DNA of 64,000 nt from Eledone cirrhosa (Eukaryota): the NCBI GenBank assembly GCA_964016885.1, contig OZ024742.1:154752001-154816000 (forward strand), in the 5' to 3' direction. Below, in pieces: positions 11,740 through 25,438 of the stretch. A program made the position numbers and the translations under genes. Numbering within the stretch: position 1 is the first letter of the stretch; every line of letters starts with the position of its first letter. Under the pieces are notes generated by a model. The model had not been told where the DNA came from. It did no database searches and saw nothing but the letters and a program-made list of their open reading frames with translations.

Positions 11740-14700
11740 AACAACGCTGCGATCGAATGTGTCTTGCACCAAAACATTGACTGGGAATAGCTGGCTGTGT
11801 TTGGAATTCATGTATTTTGAATGTCGTTTCAGCCCTCCTGCTGATTTATATTCTCTACCACATGCTTGGCAAGCATGGTGTGTAGCATATCCAACAGCAG
11901 CCTGGTGTCAACCACTGGTCTTACTTTATGACTGCGAAGATGAATTTCGAGTCCAGCTTTGTTTAGGCAGAGTCTCGCACAGACGCTGCATGTCTTCGCC
12001 ATAGGAGGACCTTCGCCGTCTGGAAATGCAACAGCAATGCCCTTCTCACATACCACTTTACCCTCTCGTATGCGATTCGAGATGCCTCAAAGGCAAATTT
12101 CCCCTCATATACAGTCTTTCTACATGTATTACGATCAGCAGCAATATTTTCCCATGTATCAGCAGAGATGTTAGCGTCTTTCAAAGAGGCTTTCAAGGAT
12201 TCCTTATACCTCTTTTTTGGTTTATGTGGCGGTCGTTTTCCTTTAACTAACTCTCCATAAAAGAGATGTTTTGGTATTCTAGAATCCTTCATCCTGGCAA
12301 GGTGACGACTCCACCGAAATCGTTGCTTAAGCACAAGAGTTTCTATACTGTCACACAGAGAGCTTTCCAAAATCTCGACATCACTGATGTGGTCCCTTCA
12401 GTGAACGTCACGGATCCGTCTGAGACACATCTGATGGAAACGCTCCGATTGCTTAAGGTGGTGTCGATTTGTGTCCCAGGTCTCGCAGGCATAAAGAAGA
12501 GAAGGGAGCGCACATGCCTTGTACACCTTTACCTTGGTGTTCTTGCATATGTCTCGCCGACCCCAGAGTCGCCTTTCTAGCTTTCCGAAAGCATCACTTG
12601 CTTTCGTAATCTAGAGTGGGATTTCATTATGAAGGTTGCTGTATCGATTGACAGTGCTTCCCAGGTAGACAAACTGATCAACCACTCCACATAGATATTT
12701 GGTTCACTGTACTGCTTACCAGGGGCAGGTTGGTACATGACGGCGGTTTTCTTGAGACTGACAGTCAATCTTAGGGCAGTGCAAGCATCATACAAAATGC
12801 ATTCAAAATGTGCTGCATATCACTATCTGTGTGCGCTACAAGATCGCAATCATCTGCATACAAGAGGTCTCTTATGGTTGATGTAAATACTTTTGTTTTT
12901 TGCAGCAAAGCGCCTGACGTTAAATATGCTACCTGAGGTTCGATATTGGATGTAAACACCATGCTCGCAATTCCTGAATGCAATATAGAAAACCATTGCA
13001 AAGTATATGGCAAACAGGATCGGTGCTTGAATGCGCCTGTTTCAGTCCATTTTTTACTGAGATAGGCTCCGACATGTTACCTCCGACATTAACCCAAGAC
13101 TTCATGTCGTCATGGAAAGACCTAACTAAAGCAAGGAACTTATCAGGGCAACCAAATTTCTGGAGAACCTTCCATAATGCATTTATATTAACAGTATCGA
13201 AAGCTTTTGTCAGATCGACAAAAACCTGATACAGATCCAAACCTTGTTCCATGCAATTCTCCTGGCGCTGTCTAGCTGAGAAGATCATATCAGTAGTGCC
13301 GAGTCCAGCACGAATAGCAGATTGATTTTCAGGAAGAACACAACTGCAATGTGTGCCAGCAGACGGTCCAGAAGCACCCTACATAAAACGTTTCCTACGA
13401 CAGGAAGCAATGATATACCACTGTAGTTCCCACAATCCTTCCTGTTAACATTTCCCTTGTACACCATTGCTGCATCCCTCATTGTACACCATTACTGCAT
13501 CCCTCCAGTTCTCATTAGCCCATATCCTGTCAAACAAAGAGTGAATATGTTGTTGGAGTCTCTCACCACCATATTTTAGGAGCTCTGCATGTATGCCATC
13601 CATACCTGCAGACCCCCTACTTTTCAGCCTCGAGATAGCCACTGCAACCTCCACAAGCGTCGGAGGTTCTGCGAGAGCTATTTTCACAGGACTTTCTGGA
13701 ATGAGATGAAGAAATCTTCATTGACGACAGACGCCTGATTCAAAAGCTCATGAAAATGCTCTGGCCACCTTCGTAGAATTCCTGGTAAGTCACGAAGTTC
13801 CTTGCCATCCTTGCTGCGAAGCGGTGTCACCAGAGAAGAATACGCAAGAGACGGTACAACAGCTCTGTGTTATTGGAATCTGACGCAGTTTGAAACTCAT
13901 CAGCCTTCTCACTCCACCTCTGATCATTCATCTGAGAAAGACTCGGCCTAACACATGGTTTCACATTCTTGAGTTCCTTATGCAACATATTCTTCTCCTG
14001 TGGTTTTGCCGTCGAGTAGCGTGACGGAGCACGCCTTTTATCAGCCAACAAGTCTTCTATGTTTGCATCATTCTCCTTAAACCAGTCTTGATGTTTTCTC
14101 TGCACCAATCTCACGCCTGTCTACATCATAAACCGACTTTTTAAGGGTCGGCCAATCCTCACCAAGATCTGCAACTGGCATCTCTTCTCGCAATGTCCTC
14201 TTCACATTTTTACCCCTAAGACGAGCAACATTCAATCTTCTGGGCAGGACAACACCAGGAGCCCGGATTTTACGTTTATTGATTAGTTTCACTTTTGCGC
14301 GTACCAGGTGGTGGCCGTCCAGCACTCAGCTCCGCGAAGAGCACGAACACACTGCACATCCCGTCTGTCACGCATTCTGACTAGGACATAGTCCAAAAGA
14401 TGCCATTCCATAGATGGAAGATGCATCCACGTAGTCTTAAGTTTGTTCTTTTGTTGGAACATGGTGTTGGTAACACACAGATCCAGCTCCTCACACATCT
14501 GCAGCAGGAGCATACCATTGCTGTTACACTTTCCCATTCCATGCCTCCCGATTACCTTCCATGTGTTAAAATCCCTACCCACTCTAGCATTAAAGTCACC
14601 AAGCACGATGACTTTGTCTGCCTGAGGGATATTTCTTAAAACACCTTTCAAGGCATAGTAAAAGGACAATTTTTTTCTTCATCGACAGAATTCATAGTTG

Positions 14701-15140
14701 GAGCATACACACTCACCAGTGTCGCATATCTTCCTTTGTCCGGCAGAATTCTCATGGACATAAGACGCTCACTAATCCCTACTGGAACTTCTAATTTATT
14801 CACAAGAACAGTCTCAACAGCAAATGCTACCCCAGCCACTCTTCTGGTTCCTTCATCTCCTCCTTTCCAGAAGAATGTATATTCTCCACAAAATTCTGTA
14901 AGATCATCATCTCCAGTTAACCTCGTCTGAGATAAAGCTACGATGTCAAGATCGTAACGTCGAAGCTCCTTTGTAACAAGAGCGGTCCTTCGTTCAGGAC
15001 GTTCCAAGGAATCCCTGTCAAGCAGCCTTCGTACGTTCCAGCAGCCAAGATTAAATACCTTCTGTGGCTCTATTACGTTTGGCACGATGACGAGTGGGTC
15101 CAAGCTATGATAACCTGAGGTCCCTGCCCTTATTGCCAAT
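11740..15140 (-). mobile_element. RTE-clade LINE (BovB-like), near full-length ORF, frameshifted
   Basis: APE: LGCWNVRRLLD, RPERRTALVTKELRRYDLDIVALSQTRL, LGDFNARVG. RT: FVDLTKAFDTVN, DLLYADDC. C-terminus: RIPKHLFYGEL and the zinc finger CSVCARLCLNKAGLEIHLRSH. Confidence 0.93.
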
Positions 15141-15249
15141 TATATCTTTTGTTCCAGAACCCTTACTGCCAATTATCTCTTTTATATTGTTTTGGAAAAT
15201 CATAACATCATAGAATTGGGAAAAGAAAAAAAAATTAATAATAATAGTA

Positions 15250-18200
15250 ATAATAATTTCATTTATTAGCCACAAGGGCCGACATGTAGGGACAATACAA
15301 AGACAGGGACAGTGGGTGTTTACAATAAGGTCGAGTAAACGTGCACAGTGGCAAGACTAATTTAACAATGAAGATATAAAAAATATAAAATAAATTATGC
15401 ATAAACATAACCAAATAAATTACCCGGTAGAGGGTTGACGACCCTGGGGTGACTCGGGTACCCCACCAATCCTGAACCACCCTGCGCTTCTAGGGCACCA
15501 AGGGAGATCAACCATCTCCTCCGGTTAGCTAGCCTATAGGCGCATGGTCAGAGTAGGCCCATTCACACGGGCCATTCTGGCCACATTCATCCACCTTTTA
15601 GCAAATGTACTTGGGCGCAGCATTTTCCTCTCCACCCTCACCTTCCTTTCCAGGTGAAACTTGAAGAAGTTGATGATGGATTGGCCGAAGCGAAAAGTGT
15701 TTGTCTTCAGTCCTTTTAATCTGGTCCACCATATAACCTCTTTCGCAACTGCCACCAGACAGAGGAAAGTGTCCTGCTCTTCCTGACCTAAGTAAGGCGG
15801 CGGGTCGATCTTCACTATGGACTCGGCCGATAACCGGATTCGTTCCACACGCGACAGTAGCTGTTCGACATAACTCCACAAGTCAGTACTACACGGACAT
15901 TGGACAAGTGCGTGCAGAACGGTTTCGTCGTTATGTGCGCATCTTGGACAGGTCCGTATGACAGCACTTCCGTGCTTCTAGAGTTTATCCCGAACCGAGC
16001 GAGGGATTTCTGGAAATTGTCCAACGTCCCCGCCTCGAAAGTCCTCCGGTACAAATTGGTCAGTTCGACTTCGTCGAGGCCCAAAGCTTCTCTGAGTGCG
16101 CCATCGCACTTGCCCACCATTAATCCTCTAAAGAACTCGAGAGTGGAAGTTCCACTGACCGCATTGCCCGCTTGGTAGAGAGCAGTGTGTGCCTGGCACC
16201 ATTCCAGGTGCCAGTCACCCAGTCTTGGTCTCTTCTTGACCCAGGTCTGCAGCTCAGTCAAAGAAACGAGCTGCGGAAAGGCCCGTCTGATAAACGGCGA
16301 CCACACCTGTTGACCGTTTAGGCAGAATATCTGGAGATGTCGCAGCCTCAACGCATGTCTGCGCATTATTAGCCACGGCATGCCCAGCCCTCCGCGTAGA
16401 AGGTGCTGGCAGCAGATGGAACCCCTCACCAACGGAACTTGTCCCCTCCACAGGAATTTGAAGAGGAGCCGTTCCAACGTGACGTGGCGCGGACGGGGGC
16501 AGTGCACGACGGTCAGGCCGTAGTAGATAACGGACGCGATGTACGCATTCGCCACATCCGCACAACATTTCAGTGATAGCTTATTCCCAACCCATTTTTG
16601 GGTTAGACTGGCAACTCTGCTCGTTACCTCGTCCCAATTCTTTTCCACCTGGAGGTCTGGTCCGAACTAAACCCCGAGCAACTTTACCAGTCCGTCCGTC
16701 CAGCGTCCCACGATGCTGTTGGATGCCATGGGCTTGCCTCTCCAGGTTCCGAGCTGAAAGCCCACTGATTTTTCCGGGTTAAGTTTGGCTCCTGTCAACC
16801 TTTCATATTCCTTCAATAAGGTGCCGACCACCTCGATTTCTGAGGTGTTCGACACCATCACGGTGAAGTCGTCCGCATAAGCCGACACAGCCTTTCCACG
16901 TCCCGGTTCGAGTGGGATGCCCTGCAACAGTTGTGCAGTAAAGGCTCGAGAGTCAATACGTACAGAAGGGAACAGAGAGGGCACCCTTGACGGACCGATC
17001 GGGAGAGCCGAAATGGTTCCGAGAGGTGGCTATTAACCTTGACCACCGAGCGTGTGCAGCTGTGCATTGCAGCGATCCAGCTTCTGGAGACAGGGCCGAA
17101 GCCAGCTGCTTTGAAGAAATGGTCTAATGCCATTCTCGCCGCTAGCACGTCAGTTGCAATGCCACTACCAATAGCCTCGTCTAACTTATCTACCAGCGCC
17201 CCCTCCTTTCTATTTTTCTCTAATGCTAGTTCTTTGCTGAACTCTATGGAAGTTACTCTCATCTCTCTTTTGAGAGCCCCCCCACCATCTGTTGTTGATG
17301 ATCACCCCTGTCAACTTTTGCTTAACTAAGTTTTTGACTCCGTCCCTGTAAGATTTACGTGCCGGAAATGACATGTTCAGCTTCCAGTAACCCGGTCCCA
17401 ACCTACGTGTTTTATCTAGGTCGTCCATGCTGATCACAAATTTGTCATCAGAATAGGCGACCGTTTTAAAAAGTGGGCAGCCTACACTATTTTTATCTAT
17501 TTTCCTAATGAAGATCCTGTCTATATAGGATCTAGATGACCCCATTCACTTGGTCCATGTCCATACTGGCACATTGAGGAAATCTAGTCGATACCTGTCA
17601 GACAGTTGGAACTGGCTGAGTAGGTGCTTGAGGCTTTTGCACCCCCCGCTCCTATCAGCTACTCCCACACAATCCCAGCGCGCGTCTAAGATGCCATTCC
17701 AGTCCCCGCTAACAGTAAAGGGCGAGACGTACCCAGAAAGGTCTCCAGGCACCTAAAGAAGTCCGGTCGTCCGGACCCTGTATGGGCGTAAACGGCCAGC
17801 AGTCTAAAGGCACCACCTTCGCTACTGCTCACATCCAAGACCACCAACTTACCGTCCGGGTCCCGGAAGATCGATCTTGTCTCGAGATCCATGTGGTTTC
17901 CTAAACACTACTGACACCCCACCTCCCATTCCCGGTCTGCTAACAGATGCTAAGATCTGATAGTCGTCGATAATGGGGGCTAGTGCGCGCGGGTCGGAAA
18001 TTCTGGTCTCACTGACGTCAACCACATCCATTTCCAGCGACTTGGGGTCGTTCAGCAGGCGACACTGCTTCCAGGGTGACCCCAGGCCGCGAACATTTAA
18101 ACTTCCTACTCTTAATATGGCCATGTTGGCAAGCTAAAAGAGAGATGGAAGGATTACTTACCTCCCGGGGTCTTGTGAAGGTCGGGTGGTTCGACCTTCA

Positions 18201-18700
18201 TGGTTGGTGGGGTTTCTTCTGGGAACCCCTTTAAAAGTCTCGATGTGTTTCACATTCGGGGTTCCAACGTCTTGAGGAAAGCTCTCCCGAATTTATTTGA
18301 AGGAATCGAATGACATTCGGACCAGAAGCAAATCTTCTGGCACGCAAAATGTGCTCATTGCACCCCCCCCCCCCCCACACACCCTGTTTGAATATCCTCG
18401 CTTCGTGCTAAGAGGGCCATCAGTTTATTGTTGGGCCTTCTGACAAGCACGATGTTTTTAACATTTTTGTGTGGTTTTATTTGATTTCGTTATGGTGACT
18501 GTGGTGGTGATGGTTTTGGTTGTGTTGTTTCGGTTTTGTCTGTGTTTGTTGTAGGTGTAGTGTCTGCAATTTCAGGTATTTGTGTGTTTATTTGTACTTG
18601 TGTTTATTTAGGCTATTTGAGTTTCGGGGATTGCGGGGGTGGTGTCGATATTGCAGGTGGTGCTGATGTTATTGGGGAAGTGTTTGCGTTAGTGGTGAAT
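15250..18700 (-). mobile_element. Tx1/L1-clade LINE, 5'-truncated in ORF1, internally deleted
   Basis: ORF2 start MAILRVGSLNVRGL at 18124, then SYIDRIF, GPGYWKLN, VRQGCPL, SAYADD. The deletion joins LDHFFK to AAGFGP near 17115. The 3' end is AATAAATGAAA plus (ATT)n. Same family as 1-3692. Confidence 0.92.
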
Positions 18701-18950
18701 ATTTTTAAAGTGAGGAAAGATTGTGCACTGAGCCAATCCCACTCTCTGAGCGACAGTAGGTAAAACCCGAAAAGAAAAACATCATCGGTAACTACTGAGC
18801 CGCAGGTTTTATATCGGAGTTAACAGTTTCCTGAGATGCCTTCTCCTAGAAGAATGCCCTGACAAGAGCTAGGGGTTCTACACTCCCAGTTGTTTAACTG
18901 CGCGATCGAGTATCAAGCCCGACTATTTCTATGTCCCTGCGCATCGAGAG
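18700..18950 (-). mobile_element. Probable displaced 5' UTR of the RTE LINE
   Basis: Minus strand GGGCATTCTTCTAGGAGAAGGCATCTC...AAAACCTGCG resembles RTE 5' UTR motifs as recalled; same strand as, and upstream of, the RTE ORF. Confidence 0.45.
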
Positions 18951-19109
18951 AAAAAAAATCACTTATTGACACCCATACGTACGACATACACACACGCGCA
19001 CACACACACATACATACGCGCGCACACACCGACACTCATACATACACACAAACACACACGCTACCAACACACACACATTCACACACCACACACACACACA
19101 CACACACAT

Positions 19110-19144
<35 letters not shown>

Positions 19145-19147
<3 letters not shown>

Positions 19148-19318
19148 TTTATAGAAGGAGCTTCTACAGGACTAGTACTGTTTCATTCAGATGAAATCTT
19201 CATCTGAATGAAACAGTACTAGTCCTGTAGAAGCTCCTTCTATAAAATAAAAAAATACTCTGCCATGTATTGAGTACCTTACTTACTGTGGTTATCCCCG
19301 ACTCAACCCGGGACCTAC

Positions 19319-19320
<2 letters not shown>
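19145..19320 (+). repeat. Fold-back mini-insert in (TA)n carrying a hammerhead 3' half
   Basis: Perfect ~51-bp arms (19145-19249, 3-nt loop) plus a 70-bp unique tail, with TA tracts on both sides. Contains GAAAC-AGTACTA-GTC at 19210-19224. Confidence 0.75.
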
Positions 19321-19396
<76 letters not shown>

Positions 19397-19497
19397 CCGT
19401 CATTTCTGATACAAAATCATGTCAACTGTTGACTTTCGAAAGAGTTCATATAGTTGAAGCCGTTCGAGTTACCGTTCAGTATTATTATAATTGCTTT

Positions 19498-19640
19498 ACT
19501 GCATAGAGCTATGGCCCTCCATGCTCCGACCTGAAATCCCGCCGAGGTCAACCTTGCCTTTCATCCCCACGGAGTCAACAAAAGAGAGCACCAGTGCTGC
19601 GCTGGAACAATCGCTGGCTCCGTCTCAAAAGCAGAAAAAT
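19498..19640 (+). mobile_element. tRNA-derived SINE, degenerate
   Basis: AAATCCCGCCGAGGTCAACCTTGCCTTTCATCC core. Confidence 0.7.
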
Positions 19641-19747
19641 TATAATTATTCAAGTTGTTGTTTTCTTAAGGCCCGGTCGCTGGTGATGGTGATGGTGATG
19701 GCGGCAGTGGATGGTGGTGGTGGTGGCAGCTGATGTTGTTGTAGGTG

Positions 19748-19783
<36 letters not shown>

Positions 19784-19946
19784 AGTTTTTGTGTTTTCTT
19801 TTTTTATAGTTTGATTCCGCTGTTGTTGTAAATGTTCATTTCATTCCATTCTGAAGCTGTTGTTGCTGTAAACGTACCGGTGTTGTTGTTGTAGATGTTG
19901 GGGTTTAATCTGGTCGTTTGACCGAGTGATACACACACACATATAC

Positions 19947-19985
<39 letters not shown>

Positions 19986-21393
19986 TTCAACACAGAGTAG
20001 AGAGTTTGACAACAGTCAGTGACTTTAATCTACCAGGGTAATGACATGTTTAAATGTAAATCTGGTGGTAGGGAGAGAGTGTAGACGTTATTGTGGTGGC
20101 GGGGGAAGTGAGATGTATCTAGTTCATTTGTCCGTTTTCTTCTCTTTGCCAAATTTGAATTTTAGCCATGTTATATAGAGATGTAAGTAAATGTAAAATG
20201 TAAAATATAAATAAGGATTGCTCAACAAAATATACGAAAATATGTGTGTAACTTCCACAAACTTCTGTCATCATATTCCCGAGTCCAGTGAAAACAATTT
20301 GTGGTATTTTGATGTTTCAGAATACAAAAATTAATTAAAAACTTACATACCTACATACCTACGTACATACATACATATATGTGTGAATGGGAGAAGGATA
20401 AAGAGAATTTGCCCGTGCAAAGGTATGTATAAAAATGTAAACATACATTAGATAAAATTTCACGTTAAATTATCTTAATTTTCCAGTAGCTGCATTTACT
20501 TCAATTCACTTTGTTATGATACAACACATTTCAAAATTGGAACGTTGTGCCAATGATCAACGCACTGTATACATACAGCTAGAGAGCGAGAGAAGGGGAT
20601 GTTAAACCCGACAGCGGCGCAAAGCCGTTTTGGCTTGTATGATTAACAAGCTTTTTCATGGACGTAGGGATGGATATTTGTGTAAGAAAATAGGTCACTG
20701 GTCTTGGTAATGCATTGAGCTTATAGTGATAAACAGGTCTGATAGAAAAGTGTGGGGTTAGACTGTGGTAAATGTATCTAGACAAGCGAGGGGTCGGGTG
20801 AATGAAGTAGTATGGGTGATAGTATGGATGATTAGTCGGTAAGATTCAAGTAGGAAGAGAAATGACATAATGGCTATGTGAAACTTTTTGCGCTTATAGT
20901 CTGAAAATGTATTTAAAAGTGAAGAATTAACAGTAAAAATTGGTTATATAGAAGTAAATGAGCAAATGGCTAAACAAAATAGTAAATATGATCAAATAAG
21001 GTCAAGTAAAATAGATCAGTTTAAAAATAGATAGAGTGCATTTTATGGGTTGGTAACTAGTGGTAAAGTATTTGTTCAATACGTATGTATACTGCATGCG
21101 TAGAGGCATACACAACAATACACTGGGAAGTTTTAGAAGGTTATACATAAAAATGGAAAAAGAAAATAGTCAAATATTACTTTAATGTGAGGATTGGGGT
21201 GAGATAAGAATTAGATGACAAATAAATGATTACGTGGGAAGTGTTGGTAAAGTATATACGAACAGACACATGTGCATACATATATACACACATACATAAT
21301 TGTGGACATATATATAGATACACATACATGCACACACTCATACATGCGCGTTCACATACCTGCATGTGTGCATGCATACTAGTGTGCTGATTT

Positions 21394-21451
<58 letters not shown>

Positions 21452-24239
21452 TTCAGCCAAAAATGAAGTCTTATCCCATTGTGCAGAATGTTGGTAACAA
21501 TTTTCTACCATTTCAATGGGTAGCCCTATGGTTTATTTGTGAAATATGATAGACAGTAATCGCGAGGAATCCAGCAGATAGCGTTGAACACACATGGATA
21601 GGATTTAAACATAATTACCCGGATATTGGCAGGTTTAGTAGTGGCTAATGTTTTGCAAACATACGAACCAGTTTTTTCTGTAAAATGATAACACTTAACC
21701 AGCTCCCATCAATATGGGAAGCTCATCTAAATTTTATGGACCACAATTACCTTTCCTTCGCTGACTATTTCCCTCATCCCCTAAAAAAAATTCCAAAAAT
21801 GATATATGCGCATAAAACATATCCAATGGATTTTTGCGTGCAAATCTAAATTGTTTGCTAGCATAGTTGATGTGATGAAATTGGAATAGAATACGATTAC
21901 TCTCTTAGTGAGAGTCATTTTATATAATGCGAAAAATGCGACGGTGATAAACTAAACATGACATTTTAATTGAAACAAGTTTACTACGGTGAAAGTTTTC
22001 TGTTATATTTAAACACAACAGTGATTCATACTCCAATTAGCGACTGCAAGATCTAATGTCTCGAAAGATAGATTGTTTTCGTTAACACTGAGTGGCGTAA
22101 TAATGTAACTGAAGGACTGGGGAGTAACCCAGTACAGTACCTGCTTCACAAAACCTTAATCACTGAGTCATAATATAATTGTAGCATAATACTTTGCTTA
22201 TTAATTATAACTGCACTCTTTCAGATTAGAACAATCATTATAAAAAAAAAATATATGGTTTAACATATTAAGAGAATCTACGCCAGAATTGAATTATGCT
22301 AAAAGAAAAATGAAAAGCAGATAAATGCGGAATTTCTCTCGAGCAATTCAGCGTCGCATATACACTTATGTACCTGTGTATGGGACTAGTATGGGATAAA
22401 ATGTCTTCAATACTTTCTTTGGCAGTTTTGGCAGAGAATCCAATTAATATTTGCTACGTGTTTGTATGATAACATAATGTTTTTTTCTTTTTTTCCGAAA
22501 TTATTTGTCATTTCATATATTAGTATCTGGCTATAAACGCGTATCTAAATGCAATTATTTCTTCACATATTATCACACAATAAGGCTTAGTAACATGTTT
22601 CGGTTTCGTTAAGCAAATGAAAGATATATACAGTAAGTTATCAGAGTAGATTTATTTATTCTACAACAGATCAATTTATTTCCAGCATATGGAATGATTA
22701 CAAAGAATACACTAGTATGAAAAGTGAACTAATCAGTTGTAATGAAGTTGAAAACGTCCTTAAATGTATGCAATGTCTCGGAGAATTCAGAGCAGTTATA
22801 CTTGCTACTTAATAGTCATTGTACAGTATATTTTAATTTGAGAAATATGATAAAATGTTGATAGTAAGGAAAACAAATTTCCTCTAGTTTATTGCTAAAC
22901 ATTATGTTATAACGGTTAAGTATTGTTAAATAATTTTTCATATATAACAAGAAAACTATTCTACCAGGAATTACTGCGAATTAACATTTACTAGCATTTT
23001 ACTTTTATGTATTTACACTTTTGTTAGATTTATATGAAAATATATATGCAAAAAGAAAACGAATTTGCGAGAAGGAGGCTTAATTTCTATAAACGTAAGC
23101 TAAATGAGTTCCATTTTCCACAAAATCTGATATATCTGTTACAACTTGATCGGGACGCCTGAAAATATTAAAGCACTCAAGTAAATGAGGTGCAACTATC
23201 TGTAAAGATAAACGAAATGTCTGCTAAATAAATGAAATCCGTAGGAAATTATTCAGAACAGAATTTTACTTGAGATATTCCATGTGGGTCGCCAGCAAAG
23301 GGGCAGGCATTAATAATGATAATCAAACCTAAACGGTTTTCAAATAGAAAACAGCATTATTTCAATTCAGTAACACCTGATGAATAATTAATAGTTCAAT
23401 CAAAGATTACACTTATCTGATTTGGTGAATACTTTTCTCTGGTAAATCCAGCGAACACAAGAGAAAGATATGAAATGAATTCAATAAAACCATTAGCAAT
23501 TTCTAATGAACAAATTGATATTGGTGAAGAGAAACGACAGTATCATCACAGACGTAGAGAACAGTTTGACATATAGAATATCTCACAAATGCGAAAGCAA
23601 TTGCAAAAGTATCAACATAATGACAATGAAAAGACTGCATCACACTATATAAGAAATTGAACAACTTTACTTAGCAAGATTGGCCTAATCACTGATTGGC
23701 CTAAACTGTTCACTGTTAACTAGATGTTAAACATGTTTTAAAGCACAAACACAGCAAACAGTTAGTTATATTCGGTAACAAAAGAGCAAGAAAATTTTGA
23801 AATTTCATATACAAAAAATCACAGAATTAGATGAATTAAGAACAGGCACAGCAGAAGTTAAACATATGAAAACCAATTACTAACATTGAAACATATACAT
23901 TTCATTTTAAATACTCAGAGAGAACTAACAATGCTGATGTCGACAACGCTCAGTGTGGCTTAAAGTCAGGAATATAAGAATTTATCATAGAATATTAGCA
24001 GAAATGCCTGCCAAAAGGAGTCTATCAGATCCATATCTTAAAGAACAGCAGCAGCCCAACATGTCAAATATGGACAACATTCTGAGACCATCGATCATAT
24101 TGTTTACAATGTATCCTTTTTGAGCATGTAAGTGCTGCATTATATTTCCACAGGGTAACTTGCAAGGATCTGGACATGTTCCATCATACAATATGGTGGG
24201 AACACGGGCCAGCTCAGTACTTGAAACCCTTCAATATAT

Positions 24240-24570
24240 GACCAATAGTCCCGATATCATAGTGAAGGATTTCAGACTAAAACCATGCTTCTTCAGCAAC
24301 ATGACAATCCCAATTGATATAAAGTTATCTGGAAAGACCTACCAAAGAAAAAAACAATGATTAAGTATAATGATCTTGAGCGAAACATTTGCAAAATATA
24401 GAGACCTAACACTAAATCAATTCCCGTGGTTGTAAGTGCCTTAGGAATTATAGCAAAAAAGGCTCATTATTACTTATCCCAATTCCCAGCAAGTCCATAA
24501 AGCTGAATAAATTCAGAAAATAGTGCTCGTTAGACCTGCTCATATTCGACGAAAATACAACGTATGTCAC
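24240..24570 (+). pseudogene. R4/Dong-like non-LTR retrotransposon, restriction-like endonuclease remnant
   Basis: NSPDIIVKD...MTIPIDIKLSGKTYQ, KYNDLE and KSIPVVVSALGII match the PD-(D/E)xK RLE C-terminus. Flanking 23300-26130 probably belongs to the same decayed element. Confidence 0.75.
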
Positions 24571-24670
24571 TCCAAAACAATCATTTTATTTGCATACGTA
24601 TATAGGGCACTGTTAACTGTACAATATAACAAATAACTTTTATTGTTATTATCATTTTAGCCCTATCGAT

Positions 24671-24915
24671 GGTGGTGGAATGGCAGAATTGGTAGCCCAT
24701 CGGGTAAAATACACTTTGTCTATTTCTTGTGGCTCTTTACTTTCTGTTTTACAATCCCGTCATGGTCAACATCCTGAATTCAAACCCCACTGAGGTTAGC
24801 TTTGCCTTTCAACCGTACGAGGTCGATAAAATAAGGCAGCAGTAACGCAGTTGGGTCGATTTAATCGACTTTCCCCTCCCCCATATTTGATGGCCTTGTG
24901 TCTAAATCAGAAACC
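24671..24915 (+). mobile_element. tRNA-derived SINE (long variant)
   Basis: TGGCAGAATTGG head, core GCTTTGCCTTTCAACCGTACGAGGTCGATAAAATAAG, extra GTCGATTTAATCGAC hairpin. Confidence 0.8.
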
Positions 24916-25329
24916 CTTATCAGTTTAGCTCTAAACAACTATTTGCAAATAAGCTCATAGTTCCCTTATGTTTTGATAGGCATTTTCTAAGACAATAATT
25001 ATTTCCTATTAAACACGATTCATACAGAACTGTTTTGATATTGTAGAACCTATCCGGGATGGATATGTGATGAAAAGTTCAGAAATACTTACATCTGCAG
25101 CAATGGGGCCAAATGAAGTGGAAACTGAAAATGCAAACGCATACACACATAGGAAGAAAGGGGACAGAGAAAGGAATATTCGATGAAAAGACAGAATTTC
25201 AGTCAAACCGAAGTATCGGCAGCTTTTAATGAGAATTCCTTTTTGTGGCCCAAAGATGGTGAAACGCAGAAAAAAATTGAAAGTATAATCATAGCTGCCT
25301 AGTCACAAGTTTTGTTGACTATCATGATA

Positions 25330-25438
25330 AATCGCGCCGAGGTTAACTTTGCCTTCCATCCTTACGGGGGTCGATAAAATAAAGTACCAGTAATGTACTG
25401 GGTATTTGATGGCCTTGTGCCAAAAGTAGAAACAATTA
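25330..25438 (+). mobile_element. SINE, 5'-truncated
   Basis: Core and tail nearly identical to the other copies. Confidence 0.85.

Noticed and set aside
13458-13506. 25-bp tandem duplication within the RTE
   Set aside because: Local slippage lesion in a dead element; no wider significance.
18700-18950. HDV-like ribozyme at the RTE 5' end
   Set aside because: I could not assemble the nested double pseudoknot by eye.
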